The translations under genes and the position numbers were made by a program. A model generated the notes under the pieces. It did not search any database. It had not been told where the DNA came from and saw only the letters and a list, made by a program, of their open reading frames with translations. A DNA stretch of 64,000 nt from Syntrophales bacterium (GTDB lineage Bacteria; Desulfobacterota; Syntrophia; Syntrophales; PHBD01): assembly GCA_963668175.1 (NCBI GenBank), contig OY764159.1:4416001-4480000 (forward strand), written 5' to 3'. Position 1 is the stretch's first letter. Each line of letters opens with the position of its first letter. Shown here in pieces: positions 37,770 to 47,713 of the stretch.

Positions 37770-38642
37770 TCAATAACGCCGGGCAACGACGATGACGTAT
37801 TGATCCTGGAAATTTTTATTGATGTGCGCAAGCACGCTACCGGGGCAATCCCTCATGAAGAGGCAGATCCCGCCGGCCGTAGATGAATCGAAGTAGCCAT
37901 AATCGTTAACATAATCATGAATATGCTCATGCCCTACGGCCTTTTCCCAGATATTTCTTTCGTCTTCCCGGACGGCCAGACCAAAGGCCAGATGCGTCGG
38001 TGACGGCCGCGACTCGGATGCAAGCCATGCCATGGCGGCTTCACGCGACGGGAACGACCTGACGGCGATCAATTCGCCGATGGCTCCGTCTTTCGAGGAG
38101 CGGAAGTAAAGCCAACAGCTTCCTTCCACGTGTTTAACGCTTTCGTAAGGCAGGTCGTATTTTCGCTCGAAATGCACTTCCGACAAATTGACTTCGTCCA
38201 CTCCGCCGATAAGCGCGCTGTGCACCAGGCCTATTCCCATATCGGCCTTCAGAAGCTCCAGCCCCCTTTCGAAGGAAAGATTCTGGCTGGAGATGGAAAT
38301 GTTCCGCCCTTCCACGTTCAGCCCCTGGGATACGTAAAAAGAGGCCGTATTCGACATCGTATTGATAAAATTATAGGGCATGGGCAGAGATTGCTTCCTG
38401 TATATCTGGTGGAGAACATTCTCCGTGTCCCCCAGATTGCCTCTTTCCGTCGTGAGATAGACAGATGTCCTGCGGTCCAGATCTTTTCCGAAAACGGACT
38501 TATGGGCGCCGATCAGGGACAGGATGACGAACTTGTTGACGCGGCGGAAATGGACCTCGGTATAGCGTTTCAGTTCGTCCTTTAAAACGTGACCGTCCTT
38601 GACCGGTGCCGTGAGAAATATCGAGAATGAATGGATGAACAT
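37770..38642 (-). CDS. Ketosynthase-like partner / chain-length-factor (non-catalytic)
   Basis: RRVNKF, PYNFINTMSNTAS and GGVDE; no Cys-His-His triad; directly follows a KS. Confidence 0.7.
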   Translation of the reverse strand: MFIHSFSIFLTAPVKDGHVLKDELKRYTEVHFRRVNKFVILSLIGAHKSVFGKDLDRRTSVYLTTERGNLGDTENVLHQIYRKQSLPMPYNFINTMSNTASFYVSQGLNVEGRNISISSQNLSFERGLELLKADMGIGLVHSALIGGVDEVNLSEVHFERKYDLPYESVKHVEGSCWLYFRSSKDGAIGELIAVRSFPSREAAMAWLASESRPSPTHLAFGLAVREDERNIWEKAVGHEHIHDYVNDYGYFDSSTAGGICLFMRDCPGSVLAHINKNFQDQYVIVVARRY

Positions 38643-38643
38643 C

Positions 38644-39798
38644 TCAATCCTTGTTCGAAACGACGAGGGAAGTGCAATTCCCGCCAAAACCGAAATAGTT
38701 GAACATCAGGGTGGCGTTTCCCATGGTCAGGTTGTCCGTTACCGGCGTTATGCCCAATTCTTCGTCGCTCGTCTGAAAACCGGGAGTCGCGGGCAGGAAG
38801 CCGTTTTTGACCGCCTCGGTGACAATGATCATCTCGATGACCCCCGAAGCCCCGACCGTATGGCCGACATAAGGTTTGATGCAGGTAACCGGGGGCATTC
38901 GGTTTCCGAAAACAGACTTCATACCGTTGCACTCCGTTCGGTCGTTGCTGTCGCTCCCGGTGGCATGGGCCTTGACGGCGTCGATGTCCACGATTTCTAC
39001 GCCCGCATTGGCCATCGCCTGACCAATGACTTCGGCGATCCAACTTCCCTCGATCGTGTGGCTGGTGACGTTAAACGTGTCGCACAGATTCGCCCCCCCT
39101 CGAATGCGGAAACCGTTTTCGTCCCCGCTTCCCGTATCAAGAATCAGCGCACCGCACCCTTCCCCCATGATAATGCCGTCCCGGTATTTATCGAACGGTT
39201 TGTAGAACGTCTGCGACATGAGTTTAAGGGCTTCGAACCCGTAAAAGCCGGTATTGTTGAACAGGTCATACCCGATGACAAGAGCCCTCTCGATCATGCC
39301 CATTTTGATCATTTGAGAGGCATAGAGGATCGCATTGGCGCTGGACGTACAGGCCGTCGTAAATGTGTAGCACGGCCCGGTGATTCCGAAGCGTCTCGTC
39401 ACTTCCGCCACGAGGGACCCATACCCCAGCGATGCATTGGAAAAATAGTGCGTGCCGTTGACGTCCGATTTTTCATAGTAACTTTCATAGATGGGAATAT
39501 CGATGGACGTGGAACCGAAAAAGACGGCCAGGTTCTTCGTTTCGGATTCTGAAAGGCCCGCGTCCTCTATAGCCCTGGCGATCGTATCGAAGAGGACATC
39601 GTAAAAGAAGGTCTCGGCGCTCCCTCCCCGATTCCGGCGAATACGGTAATAGGGCCTCGAATAGGGAAGCTGTACATGGCTTAAAGGGATGTTCTCCGTG
39701 CAAACATATTTGTCCTTCACGCGGGCAACGACCTCTCCGATATCTTCGCCGAGAGAACAGACAATCGCCCTGCCGCGTATGAAAACATTCCTGTCCAA
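38644..39798 (-). CDS. Beta-ketoacyl-ACP synthase
   Basis: TACTSS, HATGS, KPYVGH, FGFGG; TTG start. Confidence 0.92.
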   Translation of the reverse strand: MDRNVFIRGRAIVCSLGEDIGEVVARVKDKYVCTENIPLSHVQLPYSRPYYRIRRNRGGSAETFFYDVLFDTIARAIEDAGLSESETKNLAVFFGSTSIDIPIYESYYEKSDVNGTHYFSNASLGYGSLVAEVTRRFGITGPCYTFTTACTSSANAILYASQMIKMGMIERALVIGYDLFNNTGFYGFEALKLMSQTFYKPFDKYRDGIIMGEGCGALILDTGSGDENGFRIRGGANLCDTFNVTSHTIEGSWIAEVIGQAMANAGVEIVDIDAVKAHATGSDSNDRTECNGMKSVFGNRMPPVTCIKPYVGHTVGASGVIEMIIVTEAVKNGFLPATPGFQTSDEELGITPVTDNLTMGNATLMFNYFGFGGNCTSLVVSNKD

Positions 39799-39802
39799 GC
39801 GA

Positions 39803-40075
39803 TTACTCCGGTTGAATATAATCGGCGAAGGCGTTGATGGATGTCATGACCCGCCTCATTTCCTTGCTGTCCGTAATCGTGATGCCAAACCGGTTCTGGA
39901 TGGCAATCGATATCTGCAGGGCATCGATGGAATCAAGTCCCAGTTTCGACTGGCTGCCGAAAAGCGGTCCCTCGTCGTCAATATCCGCGGCGCTTATCCT
40001 GTCGGCCAAATCGCACTCCTCGACAATCAGCGTCTTCAATTCGATCTTCAGCTGTTCATCCAATGAACCTCTCAT
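39803..40075 (-). CDS. Acyl carrier protein
   Basis: PLFG...LGLDSIDALQI. Confidence 0.92.
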   Translation of the reverse strand: MRGSLDEQLKIELKTLIVEECDLADRISAADIDDEGPLFGSQSKLGLDSIDALQISIAIQNRFGITITDSKEMRRVMTSINAFADYIQPE

Positions 40076-41313
40076 ACACTATGGCCTCTTTCAAATTGAT
40101 TCTTGAGAATGATCATTGTTATCACGAGCATGATCAAACCGAAAAGTATAAGCGATAGGGATTTTATCAAAACATCACCGACGCCTCCGTGTCTCAGGAA
40201 CACGTCGAGGAAGCCTTCCAGACCCCAGGACATCGGGGATATGATCGACAATTTCTGCATAAACTCGGGCATGACAAACGTCGGCACCATGATGCCTCCG
40301 ATGGCGGCAAAAATAACGTGCATGACGCCGCTTACGGTGGTGGCCTGCTCCGTTGTTTTCGCCAGCGACGAAATCAGGAGCGCCAGGGAAATCGCGCTGA
40401 AACTGACGCTGGCCGCGATCAGTAACAACCCTCCGAAGGAATCGCCCAGGGTCAGCGCCTGGCCGCCCAGGAGAGGAACGGCATACATGCCGACCATGAT
40501 CATGAGGAAGACCTGGGTCATGTTGATCAGGAAATAGGGCAGAAATTTTCCGAAGAGGAGATAACCCTTCGATACGTTCATGCTGATCATGCGGATCAGG
40601 GTTCCCTGATTTTTTTCCGTGATGAACGTATTGGCGATCGGCATGGAGATGAAGAACATGGCAAAGACAAGCCAGGCCGGCACGGACTGCTGAACCGCGG
40701 AAGGGACGGCGGCAGCCTGCTTATCTTTGTAAACATAACGGATTTCCAGGGCAGGATCGTCGGATACCAGGAGATTCCTTTTCAGGGCTTTCCGGTCGAC
40801 CTTGGCGTAATCGAGCAAAGTGCCTATATTGTCCACGAAAGCGCCGAATCTTAATTTCCCCATGCTGGCGCTTATCGCCTCCTTGAAGACGGCCTGCGTC
40901 TGGGTGCTGACGATGGGATTTACCAACATCAAGAGAGGTTTCCTGCTTTCGTTGACGTTCTTACTTTCCACCACGGCGGTAAAATCTTCCCCGATGATGA
41001 TGGCGAATTTGAAGTTCTCCGCCAGCATCCGGCTGCGTAAGCCTTCCGCATCGACCTTCCCGTTTACGGGATGGACCACGAATGCGCCGATTTTTCCAAG
41101 ATTCTCCAGAAAGAGCTTCGACTCTCCGCCCTTGTCGTTATCGGCCACCAGGACGTGTATCTGCACCTTCGTATGCCCGGCAAACAACTCCCCCATTGCC
41201 ATGGACATAACCATGATGAAGGCCGCCGGCAACAGAAACAAGAGGATCAGCGACGGGATATCCCTGCCGATGATCAGGAATTCCTTTTTCAGGACGTACC
41301 GTATTTTATTCAT
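40072..41313 (-). CDS. ABC-2 type exporter permease
   Basis: N-terminal TM, periplasmic domain, QQSVPAWLVFAMFF, EKNQGT, GGIMVP, SPMSW. Confidence 0.88.
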   Translation of the reverse strand: MNKIRYVLKKEFLIIGRDIPSLILLFLLPAAFIMVMSMAMGELFAGHTKVQIHVLVADNDKGGESKLFLENLGKIGAFVVHPVNGKVDAEGLRSRMLAENFKFAIIIGEDFTAVVESKNVNESRKPLLMLVNPIVSTQTQAVFKEAISASMGKLRFGAFVDNIGTLLDYAKVDRKALKRNLLVSDDPALEIRYVYKDKQAAAVPSAVQQSVPAWLVFAMFFISMPIANTFITEKNQGTLIRMISMNVSKGYLLFGKFLPYFLINMTQVFLMIMVGMYAVPLLGGQALTLGDSFGGLLLIAASVSFSAISLALLISSLAKTTEQATTVSGVMHVIFAAIGGIMVPTFVMPEFMQKLSIISPMSWGLEGFLDVFLRHGGVGDVLIKSLSLILFGLIMLVITMIILKNQFERGHSV

Positions 41314-42226
41314 CTCTCAGATGGGCATGGGTCAGCTTTAAAAAAAGTTCTTCAAGGTTCTCGGAACCAAAAGAAATTTTTCTTATCACAAGACGGTTCT
41401 CTTCTAAAAGAGAAAAGACTTGGGTTAAATTCCCTTGAAATTTTTCATTTTTATCAATTCTAATATGTCCCGCACCGGCGTCTACGCCCGGAATGCGTTT
41501 CAACAACTCTGCGATTTTGTCATCGAGGCCTTCCACGCTGATCTTCATGACGGCAGCACGGTTCAACACGTCGTTTTTCCGGCCGTGCAGAACGATCTTT
41601 CCGGCATCGAGAATGGCAATATCGTCGGAAACCTGCTCGATCTCATCCATGTAATGAGACGTATAAACAATGGTCGTCCCCCGTTCTTCCCGGATGTTCT
41701 TTATCATTTCCAGCATATAGCTTCGCGATTGGGCATCGACGCCTACGGTGGGCTCATCGAGATAAAGGATCTGGGGATCGTTGAGCAGGCCGATGGCGAG
41801 GTTCAACCTCCTTTTCATGCCGCCGGAAAACTTGGCGACAGCCTTATTCACAAAAGACTGGAGGCTCGCGATATCGATCGATCGTTCAATCCGGTCCTTC
41901 ATCGTCTTCCCCTTCAATCCATACAGAGCACCGAAATATTCAAGATTTTCATAGGCTGTCAGCGTGGGATAAAGGGCCAGGGTTTGGGGAACGATGCTGC
42001 TGATTGAGCGAATCCCGTCCGGCTCCCGGTCGAGGGAGAGTCCGTTGATCATCACTTGCCCGCTGTCTTTGGCGATCAACGCCATAAGAATGGAGATCAG
42101 GGTGGTCTTGCCGGCGCCGTTCGGACCCAATAAGCCGGTTATCACCCCCCTGCGAACGGAGAGCGTGACGCGATCGACGACCTTAACGTTGTCATAGGAC
42201 TTACAGAGGTTTTCTATCTCTATCAT
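41306..42226 (-). CDS. ABC-2 exporter ATP-binding protein
   Basis: GPNGAGKT, FSGGMKRR, YLDEPT, TSH, LEELFL. Confidence 0.93.
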   Translation of the reverse strand: MIEIENLCKSYDNVKVVDRVTLSVRRGVITGLLGPNGAGKTTLISILMALIAKDSGQVMINGLSLDREPDGIRSISSIVPQTLALYPTLTAYENLEYFGALYGLKGKTMKDRIERSIDIASLQSFVNKAVAKFSGGMKRRLNLAIGLLNDPQILYLDEPTVGVDAQSRSYMLEMIKNIREERGTTIVYTSHYMDEIEQVSDDIAILDAGKIVLHGRKNDVLNRAAVMKISVEGLDDKIAELLKRIPGVDAGAGHIRIDKNEKFQGNLTQVFSLLEENRLVIRKISFGSENLEELFLKLTHAHLRDE

Positions 42227-42495
42227 ACGGTTTAAGCGTTCAGCGAAGCAGGAAGACTTCCAATCCTTTTTACGGTTCCCGAAGGACGCTTCGGTCATAT
42301 TTTGTAAAATGTCGGTAAGCATAGGGAAAGAAAGTCCGGATGTCAATATTATTCGGCCGGGCACTGAAACAAACAACATTAAGAGGCAATTCCTTAAGCG
42401 GGATAGAATCTTAATAAGTTGTTGAGAAAATGGAAACGATGCGGTATGACATTTCCCGTTGCTTGATTAACCCGTCCTCAAAAGGATCATCAGCC

Positions 42496-44064
42496 ATGAA
42501 AAAGGATCTATCTAACAATGCCGATCAGGTCGGGACAGTCACCGTCGGCAAGGGAATCGTTTCCCTGGAGAAGATTATATCCGTCGCCAAAAACGAGGCG
42601 GCAGTACAGGTGAGCTCCGAACGGCGCTTCATCAACCGCATGACCCAGTCTCAAGATCAGCTCAAACGGTCCCTCGCAAACGACGTACCCGTTTACGGCG
42701 TGAACACCGGTTATGGAAAATCCTGCGGCAAACGTCTCTCGATGAAGAAAGCCAGCTTCTTAAATGTCAACCTCCTGCGCTTTCACGGATGCGGAACAGG
42801 TGAACCGATCGGCATCGAAGCGACCCGCGCCGCCATCCTTTGCCGCATGATTTGCCTGGCGAAGGGCTACTCTGGCGTTTCCATTGCCCTTCTGGAGAAA
42901 ATGGCCGAGTTTCTTAATCATGATATCATCCCTGTCGTGCCATGCGAAGGTTCCGTCGGCGCGTCCGGCGACCTCACCCCCATGTATTACATCCTGGCCT
43001 GCCTGGCCGGAGACGGGGAGGTCTTTTACCAGGGAAAGCGAGTGGCCACCAAAGTCGCCTTGAAAAAGGCCGCAATTAAACCGCACTCATTCCAACACAA
43101 GGAACCGCTTTCCATGCTCAACGGCACGACGGTCATGACCGGCATCGCCGCCATGGCTGTCGACAGGGCGCAAAGAATCCTCCATGCGGCCATATGCGCC
43201 TCCGCCCTGACCGTCCATGCCTTGAAGGGCCACGTCCATCATTTTCATCCCGTCATCGGCGAAGCCAAGCCTTTTCCCGGCCAGATATTTGTCGCCGACA
43301 GTCTGACCGGACTGCTCCACACCAAGGGGGACCTTGCCAGCATGGAGGCAGACACCGTAGAAACGCTACAGGACCCCTATTCGGTACGATGCAGCCCCCA
43401 GATTCTCGGCGTTCTCCACGATGCCCTGACCTGGGTCAGGGCCTGGGTCGAACAGGAAGCGAACAGCTCCAACGACAATCCCATCTTCGATCCCGCGACG
43501 GGGAAACCGCTTATGGGAGGCAACTTCTACGGCGGGTATATCTCCTTCGCCATGGACGGCTTAAAGACGGCCATCGCGTCCGTCGGCGACATGTCCGACC
43601 GCCAGGTCGCATTGCTCGTCGATCCCCACCAGAACCGCGGGCTCCCTGCGGACCTGGTCCGCGAAAACGGCGATCCGCATCTCCTTCGGCATGGTTTCAA
43701 GGCCATGTCCATATCGACGTCGGCACTGGCTGCTGAAGCCCTCAAAGGCACCATGCCGGCAGGCTCATTTTCCCGGCCGACCGAATCCAACAATCAGGAC
43801 AAGGTGAGCATGGGCACCATCGCCGCAAGGGACGCCGAGAGGAATTGCACGCTCGTGGAACGCATCGTCGCCATTCACCTTCTTGCCGCCGCCCAGGCCT
43901 GCGAGATTCGCGGCGCCTATGGCATACGTCCGAAACTTGCCGCACTCGTCAAGAAGATCCGCACCATCGCCAAAGAGACGATCGAGGACCGTCATATGGA
44001 CAAGGATATCGATCGCGTGGCGAAAGCCATCACCGAAACCGATTTGTTTGTCTTAAGGAAATGA
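42496..44064 (+). CDS. Aromatic amino-acid ammonia-lyase (HAL/PAL/TAL family, MIO-dependent)
   Basis: YGVNTGYG, GSVGASGDL (ASG MIO), NGT, QDPYSVRC, NDNP, NQDKVSMG. Confidence 0.93.
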   Translation: MKKDLSNNADQVGTVTVGKGIVSLEKIISVAKNEAAVQVSSERRFINRMTQSQDQLKRSLANDVPVYGVNTGYGKSCGKRLSMKKASFLNVNLLRFHGCGTGEPIGIEATRAAILCRMICLAKGYSGVSIALLEKMAEFLNHDIIPVVPCEGSVGASGDLTPMYYILACLAGDGEVFYQGKRVATKVALKKAAIKPHSFQHKEPLSMLNGTTVMTGIAAMAVDRAQRILHAAICASALTVHALKGHVHHFHPVIGEAKPFPGQIFVADSLTGLLHTKGDLASMEADTVETLQDPYSVRCSPQILGVLHDALTWVRAWVEQEANSSNDNPIFDPATGKPLMGGNFYGGYISFAMDGLKTAIASVGDMSDRQVALLVDPHQNRGLPADLVRENGDPHLLRHGFKAMSISTSALAAEALKGTMPAGSFSRPTESNNQDKVSMGTIAARDAERNCTLVERIVAIHLLAAAQACEIRGAYGIRPKLAALVKKIRTIAKETIEDRHMDKDIDRVAKAITETDLFVLRK

Positions 44065-44113
44065 GGCATCATACAGCCACAGCAAGATATTATAACGCGA
44101 ACAGGAGGGAAGA

Positions 44114-44719
44114 ATGAATCGACACGAGGAGACGATCGGGGACAAAAACGGTTCGACATCCGCAGCCGGCAGGCTCTTGCTGGTTATGGCCGGCCTGTTG
44201 ATTTCGGCTCTCCTTGTCTCGGGATGTGCCGAGGTCAAAATCCCCGTTCACAGGCACCTATACAGGCCCGACCTGCCGAAATCCGTCACCGGTTTCTACA
44301 AGGGAAAACAGATCGACATGAACGGTTTCGAGAACCGCGATGAGATGACGAAGCGGTGGACCTATTTCAGCCCGGACAAGAAAGTCGCCTACGAAGCATC
44401 GGTTCCATTGGAGTACTTCGTCCTGGACTGCTTCCGCGATGCCTTTTGGCTCGCCGGCGCCAGCGTTCTCAAGGATTCGCCCATTACGACCATTCCCGAT
44501 TTGTCCATCATCATCGATCACTGGACGGACCAGGAATTCATCTTTACCGCAACCGTCATGAAGGATAATGCCCTGAAGTTCAGAAACCAGTATAAGATAA
44601 CGGCGCCCGCCGCCAATATGAACGATACGACGAAGCTGGAGAAAAACGTCTATGAAATGATGAACAAGGCCGTCCTGGCGGTCATGACCGATCCCGCCTT
44701 CCAGGCCATTTATAGGTAG
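44114..44719 (+). CDS. Hypothetical lipoprotein
   Basis: Hydrophobic stretch ending in the lipobox VSGC; AGGAGG RBS. Confidence 0.7.
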   Translation: MNRHEETIGDKNGSTSAAGRLLLVMAGLLISALLVSGCAEVKIPVHRHLYRPDLPKSVTGFYKGKQIDMNGFENRDEMTKRWTYFSPDKKVAYEASVPLEYFVLDCFRDAFWLAGASVLKDSPITTIPDLSIIIDHWTDQEFIFTATVMKDNALKFRNQYKITAPAANMNDTTKLEKNVYEMMNKAVLAVMTDPAFQAIYR

Positions 44720-44737
44720 ATCGCCTAGAACATAAAG

Positions 44738-44771
44738 ACGGGAAGGGCTGCCGCCGCGCCCTTCCCGTTTT
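44738..44771. terminator. Intrinsic terminator between convergent genes
   Basis: ACGGGAAGGGC...GCCCTTCCCGT followed by TTT. Confidence 0.75.
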
Positions 44772-44790
44772 CTGTATCAACATTCCCCAG

Positions 44791-45276
44791 CTATACTTCG
44801 CTGACCGTCACCTTGACCATGCGGTCGCCCTGCCTCACGGCGTCCACAATGTCCATCCCTTTGACAACCTTGCCGAATACGGTATGCCGTCCGTCGAGGT
44901 GCGGTTGCGGCGAGTGGGTGATGAAGAACTGGCTGCCGTTCGTGTCCGGTCCGGCGTTCGCCATGGAAATGACCCCCGTTTCATGGATCAAAGGGTTGTC
45001 GTCCAGTTCGTCTTCAAATTGATACCCGGGACCGCCCCGGCCGGTCCCGGTCGGATCGCCGCCCTGAATGACAAAATCGCTGATCACCCGGTGGAATATA
45101 ACACCGTCGTAGAATCCCTCCCGGATCAGAAAGACGAAGTTATTGACGGTTTTGGGCGCATGTTGCGCATAGAGTTCAAGTTCGATCACGCCTTTGTTGG
45201 TTTCCATGGTACAGAGATAAACCTTGCCCGGATCTATCTGCATCTCCGGCGGACTGGTCCATTTTTTCGCACTCAT
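44791..45276 (-). CDS. Cyclophilin-type peptidyl-prolyl isomerase
   Basis: [36 protein letters not shown]. Confidence 0.95.
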   Translation of the reverse strand: MSAKKWTSPPEMQIDPGKVYLCTMETNKGVIELELYAQHAPKTVNNFVFLIREGFYDGVIFHRVISDFVIQGGDPTGTGRGGPGYQFEDELDDNPLIHETGVISMANAGPDTNGSQFFITHSPQPHLDGRHTVFGKVVKGMDIVDAVRQGDRMVKVTVSEV

Positions 45277-45354
45277 TCACTTCCTCCTTACCTATTAGGT
45301 TTGTAAAATGATCAATAAAAGGCCTCGACCTGCCACGATCGTTATGAATGGCAT

Positions 45355-46137
45355 TTAGCGCCCTTTGAAGACCGGCTCCCTTTTTCCTTTGAAAGCGGCT
45401 ATCCCTTCCTGATGATCTTCCGTTTCGATACACAGCAGCTGCATGCCGATTTCAACTTCCAGGCTTGACTGAAGATCGATTCCAATATTCTGGTTCATGG
45501 CCTTCTTGATCATGCTTATGGCCACAGGGGCCCCGGCCGAAAGTCTCCCGGCCATTTTATATGTTTCCATCCTGAGCTGATCGTCGTCGAAGACCCTGTT
45601 GGCGAGTCCCATCTCATAGGCCGTTGCCGCATCGATCACGTCCGCCGTGAAAGCGAGTTCCTTGGCCCGGTGGAGACCGACGGCCCTCGTCATGAAATAG
45701 GTGCTGCCGCCGTCGGGTACCAGGCCGACCCTCGCAAAGCTCAAAGCCAGGCGTGCCGAACGGGCGCAATAAACGATATCGCATGCGAGAACCCAACTGC
45801 ACCCTGCCCCGGCGGCGACGCCGTTGACCATGGCAATGACCGGTTTAGGCAGCCGGACGATGGCGTTCGTGACGGCGTTGATGCCTTCCATATAGCGGCG
45901 GGTGACGCCGACATTGGCGAAGGTCTCCACGTAAGGGAGATCGGCTCCGGAGCAAAAGGCCTTGCCCGCCCCGGTAAAGACGACGGCACGAACTTCCGGG
46001 TCCGCCTCTGCTTTGAGGAACATCTCGACGGTGTCGTCCAGTAACGACTGCGACATGGAGTTGAATGTCTGGGGATTGTTCAGGGTAATGGTTGCAATAC
46101 GATCCTTTTTTTCGTACAAGGCCTGCTTTTCACTCAT
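45355..46137 (-). CDS. Crotonase-family enoyl-CoA hydratase/isomerase (PaaG-like)
   Basis: AFCSGADL, KPVIAMVNGVAAGAG, GLVPDGG. Confidence 0.9.
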   Translation of the reverse strand: MSEKQALYEKKDRIATITLNNPQTFNSMSQSLLDDTVEMFLKAEADPEVRAVVFTGAGKAFCSGADLPYVETFANVGVTRRYMEGINAVTNAIVRLPKPVIAMVNGVAAGAGCSWVLACDIVYCARSARLALSFARVGLVPDGGSTYFMTRAVGLHRAKELAFTADVIDAATAYEMGLANRVFDDDQLRMETYKMAGRLSAGAPVAISMIKKAMNQNIGIDLQSSLEVEIGMQLLCIETEDHQEGIAAFKGKREPVFKGR

Positions 46138-46195
46138 CGTGACACCTCCACAATGTTCGGGGATTGCCTCTCCATGGATGAACCGCACCGGACGG

Positions 46196-47713
46196 TCATT
46201 CCAACCGTTTTTTCAACTCCCGCTTTAGGATCTTGCCCGCCGTGTTTCTCGGAAATTGATCGACAAAAATAATCTTCCTGGGCATCTTGTACTGGGCGAT
46301 TCGCCCCTGCAGACCGTGGATGACGTCGCTTTCTGACAACGTTTGGCCTTCGTGAAGAAGGACGAACGCCGCAACGACCTCGCCCCTCCTGTTGTCGGGC
46401 ATTCCCACGGCCGCCGCTTCCCTGACTGCCGGAAGCGCTTCGATGGCCCTCTCGACCTCGGCGGGATAGATATTTTCACCGGAACTGATGATCATTTCCA
46501 CTTTCCGGCCGACGATATACAGGAATCCGTCGTCATCCCGCCGTCCCATGTCCCCCGTATGGAACCACCCGTTTCTCACGGTCTTCTTCGTCTCTTCCGG
46601 CCTCATCCAATAGCCCGTGGAGACATTCGGTCCCCGGACAATAATCTCTCCAGCTTCTCCTGCCGGAACATCGCGGTCCTCGTCATCCACGATGCGCATC
46701 CGGACGTGAAAGACCTCTTTCCCCACGGAACCCGCCTTCGTGATGGCATCTTCGAGGTCCAGGGAGGTCAGCCGCCCGGTTTCCGTCAGGGCATAGCCCT
46801 GCGCGAATCCGACGCCTTTCTCTTCCTGATACTTCCGGATGACGGCCACGGGGATAGGGGCGCCTCCGGATATGAAGAAATGGACATGTGAAAAATCCGC
46901 CGCCGGCCACTCGGTTGTCTTTGTCATCAGTTGATACATGGCGGGAACGGCGAACATGTAATTGATCTTCTCCCGCACCACCAGATCGACCACATCCGAG
47001 GCGTTATAGAAACCCTTGATGACCAGGGAGCCGCCGGCATAAACGACGGGGATCACGGATGCCCCCAGGGCGCCCATATGAAAAAGAGGGCTCGTCACCA
47101 GCGATTTATAGGTCTTGTTGACGCCGTATCCGACCAGCGAATGGATGGCCGCAAATAAGAGATTCTCATGGGTAATCACCGCACCCTTCGGATCGCCTGT
47201 CGTGCCCGACGTATACATGATCAGGAGCGGATCGGCAAGGCCGACGCCTCCCGCCGCATCCGGCTCTCCCCCGGGGAAGGCCGAAACATGGGAAGAGAAG
47301 TCCCGATCGCCGGAAGGCTCCTTTCCGCCGTGCCGGTGCCAGTGGAGAATCTTCAGATCAGATGCCTTGAGGGCATCGACTGTTTTGTCGAATTCGGACG
47401 AATAGACCAGCATCCGCGGCTTGGCATCCCGCAGGATGTGCATCAGTTCGGGCGGCGCCAGACGTATGTTGAGAGGAACCATGATGGCTCCCGTCTTGGC
47501 GCAGGCGAAGAGGATATCGAGGAACTCGCAGGTATTGACCATGAGAACGGCGATACGCTCGCCCTTGACGATTCCCAGAGATGTCAGGGCATGGGCGGTC
47601 CGGTTGACCCGTTCGTTGAACTGGCGGTTGTCGAATTCGCGATCGTCCTCTTTCAGGAACGGCCTTTCGGGTTTGTTTAGGGCACGCTTGGAAATCCACT
47701 CGCCGATATTCAT
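46196..47713 (-). CDS. Acyl-CoA synthetase (AMP-forming)
   Basis: YTSGTTGDPKG, GYALTE, TGD, GRK..IISSGENIYP, GK. Confidence 0.92.
   Translation of the reverse strand: MNIGEWISKRALNKPERPFLKEDDREFDNRQFNERVNRTAHALTSLGIVKGERIAVLMVNTCEFLDILFACAKTGAIMVPLNIRLAPPELMHILRDAKPRMLVYSSEFDKTVDALKASDLKILHWHRHGGKEPSGDRDFSSHVSAFPGGEPDAAGGVGLADPLLIMYTSGTTGDPKGAVITHENLLFAAIHSLVGYGVNKTYKSLVTSPLFHMGALGASVIPVVYAGGSLVIKGFYNASDVVDLVVREKINYMFAVPAMYQLMTKTTEWPAADFSHVHFFISGGAPIPVAVIRKYQEEKGVGFAQGYALTETGRLTSLDLEDAITKAGSVGKEVFHVRMRIVDDEDRDVPAGEAGEIIVRGPNVSTGYWMRPEETKKTVRNGWFHTGDMGRRDDDGFLYIVGRKVEMIISSGENIYPAEVERAIEALPAVREAAAVGMPDNRRGEVVAAFVLLHEGQTLSESDVIHGLQGRIAQYKMPRKIIFVDQFPRNTAGKILKRELKKRLE

Noticed and set aside
37770..42226. 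Dialkylresorcinol (darABC) locus
   Set aside because: The ABC-ACP-KS layout is reminiscent, but no DarA aromatase or FabH-like DarB is in the window.
45355..47713. Crotonase plus CoA ligase as rpfF/rpfB (DSF synthesis)
   Set aside because: The crotonase lacks the two catalytic glutamates RpfF needs and looks PaaG-like.
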